From the human T2T-CHM13v2.0 reference genome, Homo sapiens: a stretch of DNA of 64,000 nt. The stretch lies in NCBI GenBank assembly GCA_009914755.4, contig CP086569.2:5696001-5760000 (forward strand). The letters run 5' to 3'. This document shows, piece by piece, positions 61,830-64,000 of this stretch (position 1 is the stretch's first letter; every line of letters starts with the position of its first letter). Below the pieces are notes generated by a model. That model searched no databases. It was not told where the DNA came from and saw nothing but the letters and a program-made list of their open reading frames with translations. Made by a program: the position numbers and the translations under genes.

Positions 61830-63248
61830 TCTTCTAGAAAATAGAAGAGGAGGGAACATTTTCTCGCTGACTTTATGAGGCCATTATTACCCCGCTACCA
61901 AAATCAAACAAAGAAAGTATAAAGAAGAAGAAAACTACAGACCAATATCTGTTATAAATATAAACGCAAAATCTTCAATAAAAATTTACCAAATTGAACA
62001 CAGTAATTTACAAAATATTTATACACTGTAACCAAAAGGAATTTATTCTAAGTGTCAAGACTGTTTCAAAATATGAAAAGCTGTCCACGTAATAAATAGG
62101 TTATGAAAGAATATTATATTATTATATCAGTTGACGCACAAAAAGCATTTGACAACACCTAATACCCACTTATGATAAGAATTCTTAGAAAACTAGGAAT
62201 ACCAAGGGAACTTCTTCAACTTGATAAAGAGTATCTAAAAAACATCTACAGGTTACATGATATTTAATGGTGAAAAATCTAGTGCTTTTTCCCCCTAAGA
62301 TCAGGAAGAACATGACGTCCACTTTTGCCACTCTTGTTCAACATACTACTGGAATTTTTAACCACTGCAATAAAACAAGAAGTAAGAAGTAAAAGACATC
62401 CATATTGGAAAGGAAGACAAAACTCTTCATGGCGATGACATGATCTTGTATATAGAAAATCCTGAGAAATTCAGCAAAATCTATTAGAGCTAATATACCG
62501 TCCCTATTTGAAGATGGTATGATCATCTACATAGAAAGTGTTAATAATTTTTTTTTTAAAAACTCTTTCCAGTTTTCATCAGGTTGCAGGACACAAGATC
62601 AAAACACAAAATGAATGGCATTCTTACAGGCTAGCAAGGAACTTTCCTACATTATTGCTTTACAAAAAAAGACTCTTGAAGGGATGACAATACAAACTAC
62701 AAATTGAGACACAATATTTGCAATCCACGTATCTATCAAAGATTTGTATCTGGAATTTGTAAGAAAAAAGCCCCTTATCAAAACCTTCATAAGCCAACAG
62801 TGAAAAAACAATCAAATAGAAAATTGACAAAATACATACAGACATTTTACTAAAGAGAATAATCAGATGGCAGATAAGTACATGAAAATATATTCAGCAT
62901 AATTTCCCATTAGGAAAATGTAAATTAGAACCACAATGAGATATCTCTACAGACCTATCATAAAGGTTAAAATAGAAAATAATGACACCACCAAGTGCTA
63001 GCAAAGATGCAGAGAAACTGGACCATTCATATATGGCTGGCATAAATGTAGTATGGTACAGTCACTGGTAAGGAATATGGCAGTTTCTTTCAAACTAATT
63101 TTGCAAGTACTATGTTACTCAGTAATTGCACTCCAGAGCATTTACCCCAAAGAAATGAAGACTTATGTTCACACAAATACCTGTACATTAATGTTTATTT
63201 CTGCTTTATTCATTATAACCCAACACTAAAATCAATCTAGATGTCTTT
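61830..63248 (+). mobile_element. Ancient L1M fragment: ORF2 RT domain to near the C-terminus
   Basis: ENRRGGNIFSLTL.GHYYPATKIKQRKYKEEENYRPISVINI (EEEGTLPNSFYEASITLIPKP-like), LYQLTHKKHLTTPNTHL ([19 protein letters not shown]), GDDMILYIENPEKFSKI, FPIRKM.IRTTMRYLYRPIIKVKIENNDTTKC.QRCRETG. Confidence 0.7.
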
Positions 63249-63880
63249 CTTCTTTTCTTTCTCTTCTTTTTTTGTTTAACTTTTATTTTAAGTTCTGGTT
63301 ACAGGTGCAGGTTTGTTACATAGGTAAACATGTGTCATGGGGGTTTGTTGTACAGATTATTTCATCACCCAGGTATTAAGCCTAGTACCCATTACTTATT
63401 TTTTCTGAACCTCCTCTCCTCCCACCCTCCACCATCTAATAGACTCCAGTGTGTGTTGTTCTCCTCTATGTTTCCATGTGTTCTCATAATTTAGCTCCAA
63501 TTTATAAACAAAAACATGTATTTGGGTTTCTGTTTCTGTGTTGGTTTGCTAAAGTTAATGGCCTTTAGCTCCATCCATATCCCTGCAAATGACATGATCT
63601 TGTTTTTTTATATGGCTGCATAATATTCCATGGTGTATATGTACAACATTTTCTTTACCCACTGTATCATTGATGGGCATTTAGGTTGATTCCATGTCTT
63701 TGCTATTATAAAAATGCTGTAATAGACATATGTGTGCATCTGTTTTTATAATAGAATGTTTTATATTCATTTGGGTATATACCCAGTAATGGGATTGCTG
63801 GGTCAAACGGAATTTCTGTCTTTAGGTCTTTGAGGAATCGCCACATTGTCTTCCATAATGGTTGAACTAATTTATACTCC
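63249..63880 (-). mobile_element. L1 (L1PA/PB-like) 3'-end fragment, antisense, with tail-derived T-rich start
   Basis: ttcttttctttctcttctttttttgtttaacttttattttaagttctggttacaggtgcaggtttgttacataggtaaacatgtgtcatgggggtttgttgtacagattatttcatcacccaggtattaagcc is the reverse complement of the L1PA/PB 3'UTR end. Continues into antisense ORF2 C-terminus. Confidence 0.7.
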
Positions 63881-63884
63881 CAGG

Positions 63885-64000
63885 GTTTGTTACACAGTAA
63901 ACATGTGTGCCATGGTGATTTGCTGCACAGATCATCCCATCACCTAGGTATTAAGCCCAGCATCCATTAGCTATTCTTCCTGATGCCCTCCCTCACCCAT
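63885..64000 (-). mobile_element. Second L1 3'-end (antisense), starting 5 bp after the previous one and running off the window
   Basis: cagggtttgttacacagtaaacatgtgtgccatggtgatttgctgcacagatcatcccatcacctaggtattaagcccagcatccattagctattcttcc repeats the 3'UTR-end motif of feature 63249-63880. Confidence 0.65.

Overview
This window does not look prokaryotic. It is AT-rich primate, almost certainly human, nuclear DNA of the gene-poor intronic or intergenic kind. By eye, well over half of it is interspersed repeats. I found no convincing protein-coding exon, RNA gene, CRISPR array, operon or defence/biosynthetic system. Every long ORF in the six-frame track is a LINE-1 (L1) ORF1/ORF2 remnant or Alu read-through, apart from one lysine-rich low-complexity ORF near 35.1-35.6 kb that has no recognisable motif. 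I cannot support the expectation of a novel system from the sequence.

What the window contains:
- L1 fragments: at least 15, of several ages. One is a full-length ~6.7 kb old L1 on the minus strand (43.2-50.7 kb) carrying three nested Alu insertions. Two L1 insertions show the inversion/direct architecture of twin priming. One of these is a young L1PA with a 12-bp target-site duplication (TSD) and an A17 tail.
- Alu SINEs: about ten, including an AluYb8 and an AluY with perfect TSDs.
- ERVL-MaLR (THE1/MST-like) LTRs: several, including one full-length ~2.4 kb element with both LTRs (40.8-43.2 kb).
- Possible MIR fragments.
- Microsatellites: several (TA/TG, CA, CT/AT), plus long pure homopolymer tails.

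The most interesting observations are structural signatures of retrotransposition: twin priming, a poly-A-less internal L1 fragment, nested insertions and inverted L1 arms around an Alu. Young Alu insertions and unstable simple repeats may be polymorphic.

Coordinates of repeat boundaries are from reading by eye and are accurate to roughly 10-30 bp. Subfamily names are approximate. The non-repetitive blocks (4.0-9.4, 22.9-24.9, 25.9-29.8, 35.6-37.4, 38.4-40.8 and 53.6-58.3 kb) could hold conserved non-coding elements, but I cannot assess that without comparative data.
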